The notes under the pieces: model-generated | Database searches by the model: none | Seen by the model: only the letters and a program-made list of their open reading frames with translations | Told to the model about the DNA's origin: nothing | Part shown: positions 18,280-28,450 of the stretch, piece by piece | How positions within the stretch are numbered: position 1 is the stretch's first letter | Layout: every line of letters begins with the position of its first letter | Virus record (IMG/VR): IMGVR_UViG_3300030105_002498 | Span: 29,331-93,330 of that record | DNA length: 64,000 nt | From: a virus | Reading direction: 5' to 3' (one strand) | Translations under genes and position numbers: made by a program

Positions 18280-19467
18280 ATGTTAAACAAAAAATTCAAC
18301 AACTTACCTCTTTTAGACCAAATTAAAAGATTACACCAACAAATTAACAAACTGAATGGTGTTTTAAATAATGGGTCAGCTAAATTCACTTCTACATATA
18401 TTCCTTTTGGACAGGGAGATGGAGACTTAACTGAAAATGCTCAATTCGTTTTAGTGAATCCTACTTCAATGACGGCTCAGAAAAGTTTGTTAATTAATAG
18501 AGAAGGAATAGGTCCTAGTAATGGTGCTTGGGGTGCTCTTGATGTATTGGCAGGGGAGTCTTACGGAATCAACTTCGGAGTAACGGATGGAGGTACTGCT
18601 ATAGATGGGTTTGGAGGTTCTGATTCTCGATCTTATTTTACAAAAGTAAAAGGAACTACTGTTCAAGCAATTGCAGGTATTGGTTCTCTAGCTCCATTAG
18701 TTAATGGAGAAAATATACAAGCCAATGAGTTTCGATCTAGTCACTCTTTAAGAATGAATGCGAGAGGTGGAATGAATAGCGTTTCCGTAAATACAATTAG
18801 AGGAGATGGAAATCATTCTGTAGATTATAAATGGTTTTCTGCTAACGCTACAAATTCTGGTTACGGAAGTCTTGCTACAGAGATATTTGTGATGAATGGA
18901 GAAACTGGACAGATAACTTTTAGTAAATACGGAACAGGTGCAATGAGTGCTGCAACGTTGGGAAAAGTAGAGTCAGGATATGTGACAGTAAGTGCAACGG
19001 ATGGAACTCAATTAGATAAACCTATTGCAGATTTAGGCGCAAAGTCGTTTGCTAGTTTTGGAATGGCTTTTAATTCGTCTGGCGTAGTTACAGGAAATGC
19101 TTTAAACTGGCAGGCTAGAGTGTCCAATAATGCAGGAATAACTTTGACTAATAGTAGCAGAACGATAACACTACCCGCAAATTCGGGATGGTACGAAGTT
19201 ACAGCAGGTTTTGGTATCAGCATGACATTGGCAACTGATTTTGTAGAATTTAATACTGCTGCCACTACAGGTGCAATTGCAAATAGTACCAAATCACGAC
19301 ACATTCCAAGCACGTCAACTAGTAACAATTCTCCTAATAATATAAACACATCTTACATTAATACTGCATCAGGAGCAGTAGCATTTGAGGTACGAGTAAC
19401 AGCTTATTCAGGTTCAATTGAAATAGAGTCAGACAACACTTTTTTAATAGTAAAACAAATAAACTAA
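18280..19467 (+). CDS. tail fibre/spike protein 1
   Basis: short N-terminal coiled coil, Gly/Ser/Thr/Asn-rich body, C-terminal C1q/BclA-like beta domain (GWYEVTA...TFLIVKQIN). Confidence 0.7.
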   Translation: MLNKKFNNLPLLDQIKRLHQQINKLNGVLNNGSAKFTSTYIPFGQGDGDLTENAQFVLVNPTSMTAQKSLLINREGIGPSNGAWGALDVLAGESYGINFGVTDGGTAIDGFGGSDSRSYFTKVKGTTVQAIAGIGSLAPLVNGENIQANEFRSSHSLRMNARGGMNSVSVNTIRGDGNHSVDYKWFSANATNSGYGSLATEIFVMNGETGQITFSKYGTGAMSAATLGKVESGYVTVSATDGTQLDKPIADLGAKSFASFGMAFNSSGVVTGNALNWQARVSNNAGITLTNSSRTITLPANSGWYEVTAGFGISMTLATDFVEFNTAATTGAIANSTKSRHIPSTSTSNNSPNNINTSYINTASGAVAFEVRVTAYSGSIEIESDNTFLIVKQIN

Positions 19468-19470
19468 AAT

Positions 19471-19530
19471 ATGTTAAATAGAAAATTTAATAGCCTACCT
19501 CTATTGGAGCAAACTAAGAAACAAAGATAA
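19471..19530 (+). pseudogene. 19-codon relic of a fibre gene N-terminus
   Basis: MLNRKFNSLPLLEQTKKQR* versus MLNKKFNNLPLLDQIKRLH of the 18280 gene. Confidence 0.7.
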
Positions 19531-19551
19531 AATTAATAAAAAAAATATATT

Positions 19552-21432
19552 ATGAATAGTCATTTTAAAAACAAACCGCCTTTAGAGCAAATTAATAGAT
19601 TGCATAAAGAAATTCATCTTTTGGAAAAAAGGTTAAATGAAAATAGTGGAAACTTTCCCTCAAACTTTACCTATAAATCTATTGTATTTGTAGATGCTAG
19701 TGGTAATGCAACAGAAGACAATGCTAATTTGAGATTTGAGTCTGCGACAATAGTGGTAGGTGATTATATGAGATTAGGTTCTAATAGAGTAAGATGGGGG
19801 TTAGCTGGAGATAATAATTTTGCAGAAGATTGGGGAGGGGATAGATTTAGAACTAAGCATACCAACAGTACTAATGGTGGTTTAACTAACGTCTCTACTA
19901 CAATTGGAGGTACAGGAGCAGTTCCTACTGAAACATCAAATGGTCAGATATTATTTCAGGACCTATATCGAACTAGGGATTCTAATAGTGAAAATTATAG
20001 AGGTGGTGTAACTACACGTCTTAGTAAAGACGGACCTGCTCATAAACTAAACTGGAAATTCGATAGTGGTAATCTTGGGGAAACTATACTTGAAATTGGA
20101 GGGGAAAATGATACTTTAAAACTTAATAAATACGGTAAAGTAAATCCAACTCAAACTATAGCGAATACTGGGGGAAATTATACCAATAATTCAACTATTC
20201 CATTTTTCAGTAACGAGGGAATATTTACGGAATCCAATGATTTTTTTACTGGGAAAAACACGTCAGGAAGTGCAAATAGTTTTCTATCAATTGGAGGAGT
20301 CAAAAACGTTCCTTTGAATACTGGAAATAGTACTTTCGTAGTTTTTGAAGCTACTAATCCTAGTTATGGAAATACCTTTGCTGTTACTGATGACCAAACT
20401 TTCTTATACAAAGGAGGTCATGGCTACCAAGCTTTTCACATAAGTGTTCATGGGGGAACTGATAACAGAAATGCAGCTACCTTTGATCCTGTTGGGAGAG
20501 CAGGGGTGAGTCCTGGAGGTTACAGAATATCAGCAGCAACTAATGGAAGTGGAACGGGGTCAACTGGGGACTTTCAAGTCTCTATGCTTGCTGAAGTAAA
20601 TGTTGAAGAGGATGGACTAAATATGAAGTTATCCAATGGTCCTTTTACAAATCAAGATACTTACACATGGATAACTCTTTTAGCTAAGAATAAAGCTATC
20701 CAGTTTGCTAGATTTAATAGACCAACTTTAGAGCAGACAACTGCTGATACAAATGGTAACTACACCAAAAGAAGTACTATACCATTCTTTTCTGATGAAG
20801 GTATAATTACTGAGAGTCCCACTTTAACGTTTGACACTACTTTAGATTATTTAGTAGTAAAATCCCCGTCAGAAGATTTTGAATCTAAGTACGGAGGACC
20901 TTCTTATGCACATTATCCAGTATCTTCTCATCATTATAGTAATGTAGGTGTATCTTCAAGTAGAAACACATACTCTAGAAGTGGAGGTACGGCTGCAATC
21001 CCAACAGATGCCCCTAATGCTGTAGTACCTATGATGAATAGATACTATGCAACATTAGGAGGAGCAGAGGTAATACAAGCTCAAGACGGACTTTATATGT
21101 CTGATGTAGCAAATAACGAAGCATTTTGGTGCTGGCAAGGGTCTTCTGGAGCTTACTCTCCTACTGGATCAAATGTAGTAGGTAGATTACACTCAATAAG
21201 TGGAGTATTTGAATTACCTAAATACGGAGCAGGTACAAAAACTGCAACTACTTTAAGTAAGACTCCTTCTACGGGTCTTGCACAATTTGCAACAGATGGA
21301 ACTGTACTTGATAAAGCTATATCTGTACAAGCTAGTACTGCTGCTGCTGCTGCTGATGGTACATTACTTACTAATGAAGTTTTCATGGTAACTAATGGAG
21401 ATGGTACTTCTGCACTACATATTAAAAACTAA
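19552..21432 (+). CDS. tail fibre/spike protein 2
   Basis: related N-terminal anchor (PPLEQINRLH); internal repeat GNYTxxSTIPFFSxEGIxTES x2. Confidence 0.7.
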   Translation: MNSHFKNKPPLEQINRLHKEIHLLEKRLNENSGNFPSNFTYKSIVFVDASGNATEDNANLRFESATIVVGDYMRLGSNRVRWGLAGDNNFAEDWGGDRFRTKHTNSTNGGLTNVSTTIGGTGAVPTETSNGQILFQDLYRTRDSNSENYRGGVTTRLSKDGPAHKLNWKFDSGNLGETILEIGGENDTLKLNKYGKVNPTQTIANTGGNYTNNSTIPFFSNEGIFTESNDFFTGKNTSGSANSFLSIGGVKNVPLNTGNSTFVVFEATNPSYGNTFAVTDDQTFLYKGGHGYQAFHISVHGGTDNRNAATFDPVGRAGVSPGGYRISAATNGSGTGSTGDFQVSMLAEVNVEEDGLNMKLSNGPFTNQDTYTWITLLAKNKAIQFARFNRPTLEQTTADTNGNYTKRSTIPFFSDEGIITESPTLTFDTTLDYLVVKSPSEDFESKYGGPSYAHYPVSSHHYSNVGVSSSRNTYSRSGGTAAIPTDAPNAVVPMMNRYYATLGGAEVIQAQDGLYMSDVANNEAFWCWQGSSGAYSPTGSNVVGRLHSISGVFELPKYGAGTKTATTLSKTPSTGLAQFATDGTVLDKAISVQASTAAAAADGTLLTNEVFMVTNGDGTSALHIKN

Positions 21433-21437
21433 ATAGA

Positions 21438-21644
21438 ATGGAAACATTACTAAAAAATATATTGTGCCAAATAGATAGAATGAAAGTTTTAGGAAAAGAT
21501 GTTGATTCAACTTCCCTAAATCTTTTATCTCTACTATTAAAATATCAGACTTACACTACTGCACACAGTCTGACTGAGTATTCTGATAAGATAGATAAAC
21601 TCCTCTTCCAACTTGAAACTTCCTGTTGTAAGATTTCAAAATAA
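21438..21644 (+). CDS. small helical protein (possible tail hub or chaperone)
   Basis: 68-aa ORF tightly packed between fibre genes. Confidence 0.55.
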   Translation: METLLKNILCQIDRMKVLGKDVDSTSLNLLSLLLKYQTYTTAHSLTEYSDKIDKLLFQLETSCCKISK

Positions 21645-23387
21645 GTGAAGATGAATGATAATTTTCCAACAGGAAACTTTCAAAAACAGATAGAGTGGTT
21701 ACGAAGACAGATAATTTGCATTAAAACTGATTGCTGTGATGGAGGAGTGAATATATATACTACTTCTCTTAGTCTTGAAGATGATAGAGAGGTTACTATG
21801 GCAGAGAAGAATTTAAGTTTCTTATCTGATACAGGTACATTCTTAGCTAGTGTTACAGGAGGTACTAATAACCACTACTTTAAACTAACGAGTACTGGAC
21901 CTTCTTTACAATACTTTGATGGAGCAGTTAAGAGTTCAGTTGTAGCAACAGTTACAACCTTGGACTTAGCTTACGTTGATGGTACTGGAACTTCAGCACT
22001 CTCTATAAAAGGGACTGGCATAGATTTAACCTTGGGAGCTTCTAAAGACTTGAGGATTAATTCTAATCCAGGTACAAATGGACAGTTAATGGTTTCTCAA
22101 GGACCTAACTTACCTCCAGTATGGTCTACTGTATCTTCTCCTGCAAACAGTAACTATGCTATTGCAGATTTAGTAGCTGATAATGCTAGAGCACACACCT
22201 GGGCAGGATTTAACCTTACTGAGAACTTCACTACAGGAACTAAATTCCTTACTTTTATAAATGGTGCAGCGATAAATACAATAAGTAATTCGTCAAGTGG
22301 TCATGGGACTAGTGTAACTAATGGGACATCTACTTCAGGATTACTAATAGTTCCTGCTCTTTCACAACTCAATTTTGTAAATGGAGGAGATACTGTTCAA
22401 ATGTCAGCAAGTTCAGCAGGAGTTTCTATAAATCTTGCAGGGAACACTTCTTTACTAATCAATGCTTCAGCAGGTGTAGTAGGAGAAGTTCTTACTTCGC
22501 AAGGAAGTACTACAGCTCCCATTTGGACTGCTTTACCAGCAAGTGGAAGTAACAATATAAGTTTCATTGCTTTTGGAACTAATTATAGTATAACAGATGG
22601 GGCAGGAACTTTATCAACTCCAATAGTCAATTGGGCATACTCAAATTTGACTGTAACAACCCCTCGTACTCACACTATTGATGCATTAGTAACTTATAAC
22701 TTTGGTGCAAATAACCAAGTAAAGAATTTCACTACTGGTGGAATAGACTTTGATGCTATTGATGGAACTGAAGTAAATGGATTTACATTCCACTCTGGAC
22801 AAACTTTTATATCTACTGGAATAACTGGAGGAGATTCTACTAGTTTGAACATGATAGGAGGAGCAACTAACCTTACTCACACACAAGCTGGAGGCAGAGT
22901 TAAAAGCTTATCTTTCCAACTTAACTCAGTTGAGATGTATAGTATTCTAGCAGGGTCAAGTTCAAGAATGAAATTAGTGACAGAAGAGATTGCACAAATC
23001 TTAGTGACAAATGGAACTAAAATTTCAGAAATTGTTATAGACACAAGTACTATCAATCTGAAATTTACTGGTACAGATTTGAGGTTAAATGGAAGTGCAG
23101 GATTAGATGGAGAAGTACTAACTTCAAAAGGACCTGGAGTTGCTCCAGTATGGGGTAAGAAATTAGATTACTTTGTTATAGCAGCAGGTGCAGAAACTTT
23201 TGTAACAGTTACAGGAGCATCTTTACCAATATTAACTGCTGAAATTTTAGTTACTAAGAATGGAATAGTTCTTAGACCTGATGCAACAAATGGATATACT
23301 CACGTAGCAGCTACAGGAGTTGTCACTTTTAATGGAACAAGTTCTCCTTTAGCAACAAGTGATGAAATCTATATACAATATAAATAA
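21645..23387 (+). CDS. tail fibre protein 3
   Basis: three repeats of L.(I/L)N...G..G(E/Q).L.S.G....P.W; Thr/Gly/Ser-rich; start may be ATG 21651. Confidence 0.72.
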   Translation: MKMNDNFPTGNFQKQIEWLRRQIICIKTDCCDGGVNIYTTSLSLEDDREVTMAEKNLSFLSDTGTFLASVTGGTNNHYFKLTSTGPSLQYFDGAVKSSVVATVTTLDLAYVDGTGTSALSIKGTGIDLTLGASKDLRINSNPGTNGQLMVSQGPNLPPVWSTVSSPANSNYAIADLVADNARAHTWAGFNLTENFTTGTKFLTFINGAAINTISNSSSGHGTSVTNGTSTSGLLIVPALSQLNFVNGGDTVQMSASSAGVSINLAGNTSLLINASAGVVGEVLTSQGSTTAPIWTALPASGSNNISFIAFGTNYSITDGAGTLSTPIVNWAYSNLTVTTPRTHTIDALVTYNFGANNQVKNFTTGGIDFDAIDGTEVNGFTFHSGQTFISTGITGGDSTSLNMIGGATNLTHTQAGGRVKSLSFQLNSVEMYSILAGSSSRMKLVTEEIAQILVTNGTKISEIVIDTSTINLKFTGTDLRLNGSAGLDGEVLTSKGPGVAPVWGKKLDYFVIAAGAETFVTVTGASLPILTAEILVTKNGIVLRPDATNGYTHVAATGVVTFNGTSSPLATSDEIYIQYK

Positions 23388-23399
23388 AGTATAGAATTT

Positions 23400-23431
23400 T
23401 TTGGACTTTAACTAAAAAATATTTATCTTTG
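23400..23431 (+). promoter_or_regulatory. consensus Bacteroidota promoter
   Basis: TTTG (23400-23403), 20 nt, TATCTTTG (23424-23431). Confidence 0.8.
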
Positions 23432-23502
23432 CGATGTACTGAGGATAGTCCTCCGAGTATTTTCATCAATAGAAATCATATCTTAAACTTAAATTTTAAA
23501 TT

Positions 23503-23763
23503 ATGTCAAAAGCAGAAAGTCCCGTATTAACTTTTCCAGAACCAATTCATCAAAGACTCCTTGAAATCGTTTTACAAGGCAAGCAGATTGAGCAGGAAAA
23601 AAATATTATTTTAGGTACTTACTTCTCAACCCTTAACATCGCAGACCCACAAAGTTACGATATTAATTTGGAAGCAAATACAATTACCAAACAAGAAAAA
23701 GTAGCTTCCGTTCCAGTTCCAGAATCAAAAGCACCTAAACGAAAAAGAAAAACAGTCAATTAA
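23503..23763 (+). CDS. hypothetical protein with basic tail
   Basis: 86-aa ORF after a promoter. Confidence 0.65.
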   Translation: MSKAESPVLTFPEPIHQRLLEIVLQGKQIEQEKNIILGTYFSTLNIADPQSYDINLEANTITKQEKVASVPVPESKAPKRKRKTVN

Positions 23764-23764
23764 A

Positions 23765-24292
23765 ATGGTGTTTAAAGTAGCTTATATAACAAAATTTTTT
23801 TTAGGAAAGAAGTCAGTTGTTCTGACTTCTTTCTTACTTAGCCTTTCCCTTGGAGGGATATTAAATCAAGTTTCAACCCGTGTCTCAACTAAAGACTTAG
23901 AAGGTTCAATCTTAGTGCTAGTAATTCTAGTTGGATTAACTGTATTCTTTTCTATTATAGATATGATTACAGGAGTTTTAGCTAGACCCAAAGGGTCAAA
24001 TATTAGTAGTGGTAAATGGGGAAACACAGTAGGAAAACTAGTATCTCTAGTTTTATACTTGAGCTTCAGTTTATTTCTAATGATTATTTTGTCAGATAAT
24101 TACTTTGTTTTAGTAGTTCTGTTCTCCCCCTTAGTTTTAAACATCCTCAAAGAATATATAAGTATTGGGGAAAACTTAGAAAAACTTAATGGAAAAAAGC
24201 CTTATTTATTTTCTGTAGTAGATAAGATATTCTTAATGCTAGAAAATAAGTTTTTCACTCACGTCACAGAAAAAATTAATAAACTAGAATAA
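23765..24292 (+). CDS. holin (phage holin 4_1-like)
   Basis: 3-4 TM segments; DMITGV...SS....K...EYISIGENLEKL motif. Confidence 0.7.
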   Translation: MVFKVAYITKFFLGKKSVVLTSFLLSLSLGGILNQVSTRVSTKDLEGSILVLVILVGLTVFFSIIDMITGVLARPKGSNISSGKWGNTVGKLVSLVLYLSFSLFLMIILSDNYFVLVVLFSPLVLNILKEYISIGENLEKLNGKKPYLFSVVDKIFLMLENKFFTHVTEKINKLE

Positions 24293-24293
24293 T

Positions 24294-25556
24294 ATGATTA
24301 ATAAAGAATTGATTAACCACATACTATCAAACTCAGGACAATTAAGAGATAAGGAAACTTGGTATGATGTGGGAGAAAAATTTCATGTTACTGCCCCCGA
24401 TGAAGACAAAGCTAAAATAGACAACACTTACAAGAAAAAAGCCGTAGCCAGGAAAGCTCAACAAATCTGGCAAAAATATATAGGTCAAAAGAATGACTTG
24501 AAATTAGACAGAGAAACTTATGTCAATGGAAAGTTAAAATTCGAGACCTTTAAGAAGAAGCCTGATTCAGCAGAAATGGATTTTGAAGGCTACAGTTTAG
24601 AGAGAGTTACCACCAATCCCTATGGTGGAATGTGGATGAAGTATAAGAAAGATGGACCAACCCCAGACAGCTTCAAAGAAATCCTAGAAGCTGGAAATAT
24701 CGAAGCTTGGAATATAGATAGAAATATAATTAAAGGAGAATCAGACTTAATGGTTCTTATCTCTGATACTCATATTGGAGCGAAATCTAGTAATGGTGAA
24801 GCTTACACTAAAGAAGTATATCAAGCTAGATTAAAATCAATCACAGACAATGTAATTAATAATCAAACTGCACCTTACAAAAGGTTGATAGTAGTTCACT
24901 TAGGAGACTGGTTAGATAGTGTATTTACTAATAGTGATTCTAAAACAGGATTGACTACAAGAGGTGGGCATGAGATGCCATCTTTATACTCTCCTGTGGA
25001 ATCTTTTAAGATGGCTTATGAAACTCACCTGAGTTTTATTAAAACACTTAGAGCAGAGGTAGAGCATGAATCTATGGAAGTTATAATGATGACCAATGCT
25101 AACCATGATTCTGATAGTGCTTTTGCAGCTTCAACTTGTTGTGAAATCCACTTAAAATACTTAGACCCTGAAATCAAATACACCACTTCAAGAGATTTTA
25201 TTGAAACTTTGAAGGTGCAAGGAGTGACTATAGGACTTTCACATGGAAAGGACAGAGAGTATTTGAATAGACCCTTACCTAGAGTGATGACAGAAAAGGT
25301 AGAGAATTACTTAATTTCCTACTGTCTGAATCATAACATTAATCCTAAAGAATTTATTTGTTTATCTGGAGACCAACATAATTGGTCAGATACTTTCTCA
25401 CAAAATTTAAGGTATATCAAATGCCCATCTCTTTTTGGGTCTTCAGAGCATTCAGAAATGAATTATGGAAGGTCTATTATTGGATTTGTAACTGCGGAAT
25501 TTAAGCCTGGAGCTACAATTAAAAATGGAGTCATTATAAAACCTGAACTATTATAA
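24294..25556 (+). CDS. calcineurin-like metallophosphoesterase
   Basis: motifs SDTHIG, GDWLD, ANHD, SHG, GDQH. Confidence 0.85.
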   Translation: MINKELINHILSNSGQLRDKETWYDVGEKFHVTAPDEDKAKIDNTYKKKAVARKAQQIWQKYIGQKNDLKLDRETYVNGKLKFETFKKKPDSAEMDFEGYSLERVTTNPYGGMWMKYKKDGPTPDSFKEILEAGNIEAWNIDRNIIKGESDLMVLISDTHIGAKSSNGEAYTKEVYQARLKSITDNVINNQTAPYKRLIVVHLGDWLDSVFTNSDSKTGLTTRGGHEMPSLYSPVESFKMAYETHLSFIKTLRAEVEHESMEVIMMTNANHDSDSAFAASTCCEIHLKYLDPEIKYTTSRDFIETLKVQGVTIGLSHGKDREYLNRPLPRVMTEKVENYLISYCLNHNINPKEFICLSGDQHNWSDTFSQNLRYIKCPSLFGSSEHSEMNYGRSIIGFVTAEFKPGATIKNGVIIKPELL

Positions 25557-25596
25557 TAGGTGTTTCATTTATTGATTAATTTTTGTATATTTACAG

Positions 25597-26301
25597 ATGA
25601 AATCACTTAAAAATCAAATACTATTTTTCTTCCAAGATTTAACCTTTGAAGAAAGCACACATAAATACTTTGTAAAAGGAGACCCACTTGAAAAATCGGT
25701 TTCAAAACTGATAAAGGATTTTTGTCCTTTTACTGACTTTAAGAAAATAGCACTAGCTTGTGACAAGAGGGATAATTTGCCTCTAGGTACAACTAGAACC
25801 TTTTGGAAAAACAAGTCAGATGTCTCTTTAGCTCAAGGTAACAAGGCACATTTCTTCGGAGAGTATTATCCTTTCAGAAGAAAATTGAAACCTACAGATA
25901 AACTTGAAGAAGCTGTGGTCAACTTTTGGAATGATCTTCCTGACCACATTCTTCCAGTTTTTACAGAATTGAAGATGTACCACAAAATAAGAATGTTTGG
26001 TGGTATGATGGATATTCTACTTTACAATACAAAGACGAAAAAATTTATTATAGCTGACTACAAAACTAATGAAGACCTCTTTAAAAATTTTAAAGGAACA
26101 AAGATGACAGGTCTCTTTTCACACTTATTAGACAGTCCATACAACCACTATCAACTTCAATTCAGTTTTTATCAGATACTATTTGAACAAACTGGATTAG
26201 AAGTAGAAGGTAGAGTTCTAATACATCTCAAGCGAGATGGGACTTATATAATGTATGATACAGATGACTTAACTAGTACTTTAAAACAATATTTAAAATG
26301 A
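25597..26301 (+). CDS. PD-(D/E)XK nuclease (RecB/Cas4-like exonuclease)
   Basis: FEESTHKY, GNKAH, E...GMMD...ADYKT, YQLQFSFY. Confidence 0.85.
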   Translation: MKSLKNQILFFFQDLTFEESTHKYFVKGDPLEKSVSKLIKDFCPFTDFKKIALACDKRDNLPLGTTRTFWKNKSDVSLAQGNKAHFFGEYYPFRRKLKPTDKLEEAVVNFWNDLPDHILPVFTELKMYHKIRMFGGMMDILLYNTKTKKFIIADYKTNEDLFKNFKGTKMTGLFSHLLDSPYNHYQLQFSFYQILFEQTGLEVEGRVLIHLKRDGTYIMYDTDDLTSTLKQYLK

Positions 26302-27743
26302 AAGAATTTAATCGAGAAACTTTTGAACAACTTCTAAAGACAGTTTCTTGTCTTCAATGTGAAGTAGCTAAACTTCCCTCTACTCCCAAATTTACTGCTA
26401 ATAATATTATTGTTGCTAATGCAGCAGGAAACTTATCAGAAGATGTTTCTCAAAGATTTACATACGATCTCGTTAATGGAATTCTTGATATAAAGAATAG
26501 TATAGGTTCTACTGACTACCGAATTCGACATGGAAATGACGGACTTCAATTAAACGGTTATGGTGGAGCAGGAAATGGATTGGTTAATATAAATCATGCT
26601 GCTAGTCGTGGGACTGAAGCAGTTCCAACTTCTATTGTAGGCGATACTGTTAATTCAAGAACTTTATTTTGGAGTCATGCTAATAATGCAAATGGACTTG
26701 CATCTTATAATTTAGTTGGAGAAGCTCACACAGACACTTATGAAAGAAGTGATGGATGGCATGCAGGTGCTTATACCTGGACAGTTAAACCTATATCAGG
26801 TGGAGTAAATTGGTCAACACAGACTGATGTTATGGAACTTACAAGTGTGTCTTTAAGATTGCATAAATATGGTTTAGGTAATATTACTTCTGCTTCTATT
26901 ACTGCTGCTTTAGGGGCATTAGCTAGTGGAGGTCCTGGAGCTGCTGTTGACTCTGATTTTATATTAGGTGTTAGTAATAATGGACATTTAATTGAAGTTA
27001 ATAAAACAACCCTTGGTGGTGCTAATCTTTATAATATAGATGGAGAAATAACTGGAAACAGAAATGTGGATTTAAGAAGCTTGGACCTAAACTTTAGGAA
27101 AGGTGCATCAGGTTCAGAAACTCCATTGATCTCTTTTGATGGAGGTAGTACAAGAGTTATAGTTGGTGGAACTACTTCTGAAGGCTTTGGTACACTCCAT
27201 GTTAAGTCTCAAGGAGCAGGAGATTCACAAGTCTTTATTTGTGGAGATACTACTAATACTGTTATTTTAAGACTATTAAATAGTGGTACATTCAGACTTG
27301 ATGCTTATGGTGAAGGTAATAAGAGTGCTGCGGACTTATCAGAAGTTTATACTAATGGAACAATTTTAGCTCCTGCGGATAATGGAACTATTATTGAAGT
27401 GCCTAATCCCGCAGGTGGAACTTATGTTTGGAGGACAACTACTGAAAATTCCAATATTAATAATTGGAGTCCTACTGCCCTTGACATTAGTAATGTTATT
27501 TTAAGAAATGGAACTGGAGCTATCAACTGTACAGGACTAGATGCTACTGATGCAATACAAGGTACTGAGAAACAAATACATAACAGAGGAACTGGAGTAC
27601 TTAGTCTTACTAATGCTGATGCATCATCAACTGTTGGGAATAGATTCAGACTCCCTGGAGCAACAACTCATGCTATAGCTGTAGATGCTGTGGCTACTGT
27701 GATTTATAATGGTACGGACTGGTTTTTAAAATCTTCTTCATAA
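26298..27743 (+). CDS. tail fibre/spike protein 4
   Basis: Gly/Thr/Asn-rich; shares KYG.G and GT.A(V/I)PT motifs with the other fibres; C-terminal YNGTDW. Confidence 0.68.
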   Translation: MKEFNRETFEQLLKTVSCLQCEVAKLPSTPKFTANNIIVANAAGNLSEDVSQRFTYDLVNGILDIKNSIGSTDYRIRHGNDGLQLNGYGGAGNGLVNINHAASRGTEAVPTSIVGDTVNSRTLFWSHANNANGLASYNLVGEAHTDTYERSDGWHAGAYTWTVKPISGGVNWSTQTDVMELTSVSLRLHKYGLGNITSASITAALGALASGGPGAAVDSDFILGVSNNGHLIEVNKTTLGGANLYNIDGEITGNRNVDLRSLDLNFRKGASGSETPLISFDGGSTRVIVGGTTSEGFGTLHVKSQGAGDSQVFICGDTTNTVILRLLNSGTFRLDAYGEGNKSAADLSEVYTNGTILAPADNGTIIEVPNPAGGTYVWRTTTENSNINNWSPTALDISNVILRNGTGAINCTGLDATDAIQGTEKQIHNRGTGVLSLTNADASSTVGNRFRLPGATTHAIAVDAVATVIYNGTDWFLKSSS

Positions 27744-28450
27744 TGTTAAATAGCGAAGTAATACAAAGAGTACAAAGCCTGTACTCAAGAGGGGTTCAAT
27801 CTGATGACACTAGGTTACAGGATAGGCACATATATAATAAACTACTTACGAGTAGAGCTAGACTTTTGGTCCAAAAGGCTAAGAAGAGGCAGAAGATTAA
27901 TCAATGGAACTATCAGTTACTACCTTGTGTGGAGATGATTGAAGCTGCAAAACATGAATGTCCTTGCTTACCTCCTGTTGGATGTAAGATATTAAGGACT
28001 AAAGAAGTGTTACCAAGTGTTTTAACAAACCTGGATTCTCATTTAATACAATCTGTTACTTCAATTGAAGGGAGTATTGTATTTTCTGAGATAACGTGGA
28101 AAGAGATGAAGTACAAAGCAGGGGCAAAATATACTAGATTCAAACCTGAGTATTTTCTCCGTGGAGACTATTTATACATTACTACTAAAAATGCTTCAGA
28201 AGTTATTTCTATAGAAGCTTTGTTTCAGAATCCAGAGGAGGCTGATACTTTTCCTTCTTACTGTGATGACCCAGATTGTACTGACTGTTCAGACTGCACA
28301 AGTGTTTTAGATAAAGTATTTCCTCTTGATGATGACTTAATTGATACAGTAGTTGAGATGGCAAATGCAGAACTTATATCACTCTTTACACAAATGTTAG
28401 AAGACAAAACAAATAACTCTTCTGATACAGAAGAACAAAGAACCAAATAA
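27743..28450 (+). CDS. tail ring protein
   Basis: crAss-like ring pattern (SDD...YLYI...ALFQNPEE...FPL). Confidence 0.65.
   Translation: MLNSEVIQRVQSLYSRGVQSDDTRLQDRHIYNKLLTSRARLLVQKAKKRQKINQWNYQLLPCVEMIEAAKHECPCLPPVGCKILRTKEVLPSVLTNLDSHLIQSVTSIEGSIVFSEITWKEMKYKAGAKYTRFKPEYFLRGDYLYITTKNASEVISIEALFQNPEEADTFPSYCDDPDCTDCSDCTSVLDKVFPLDDDLIDTVVEMANAELISLFTQMLEDKTNNSSDTEEQRTK

Noticed and set aside
25597-26301. CRISPR adaptation or other cas locus from the Cas4-like nuclease
   Set aside because: No Fe-S cysteine set, no cas1/cas2 and no array; stand-alone PD-(D/E)XK nucleases are common in phages.
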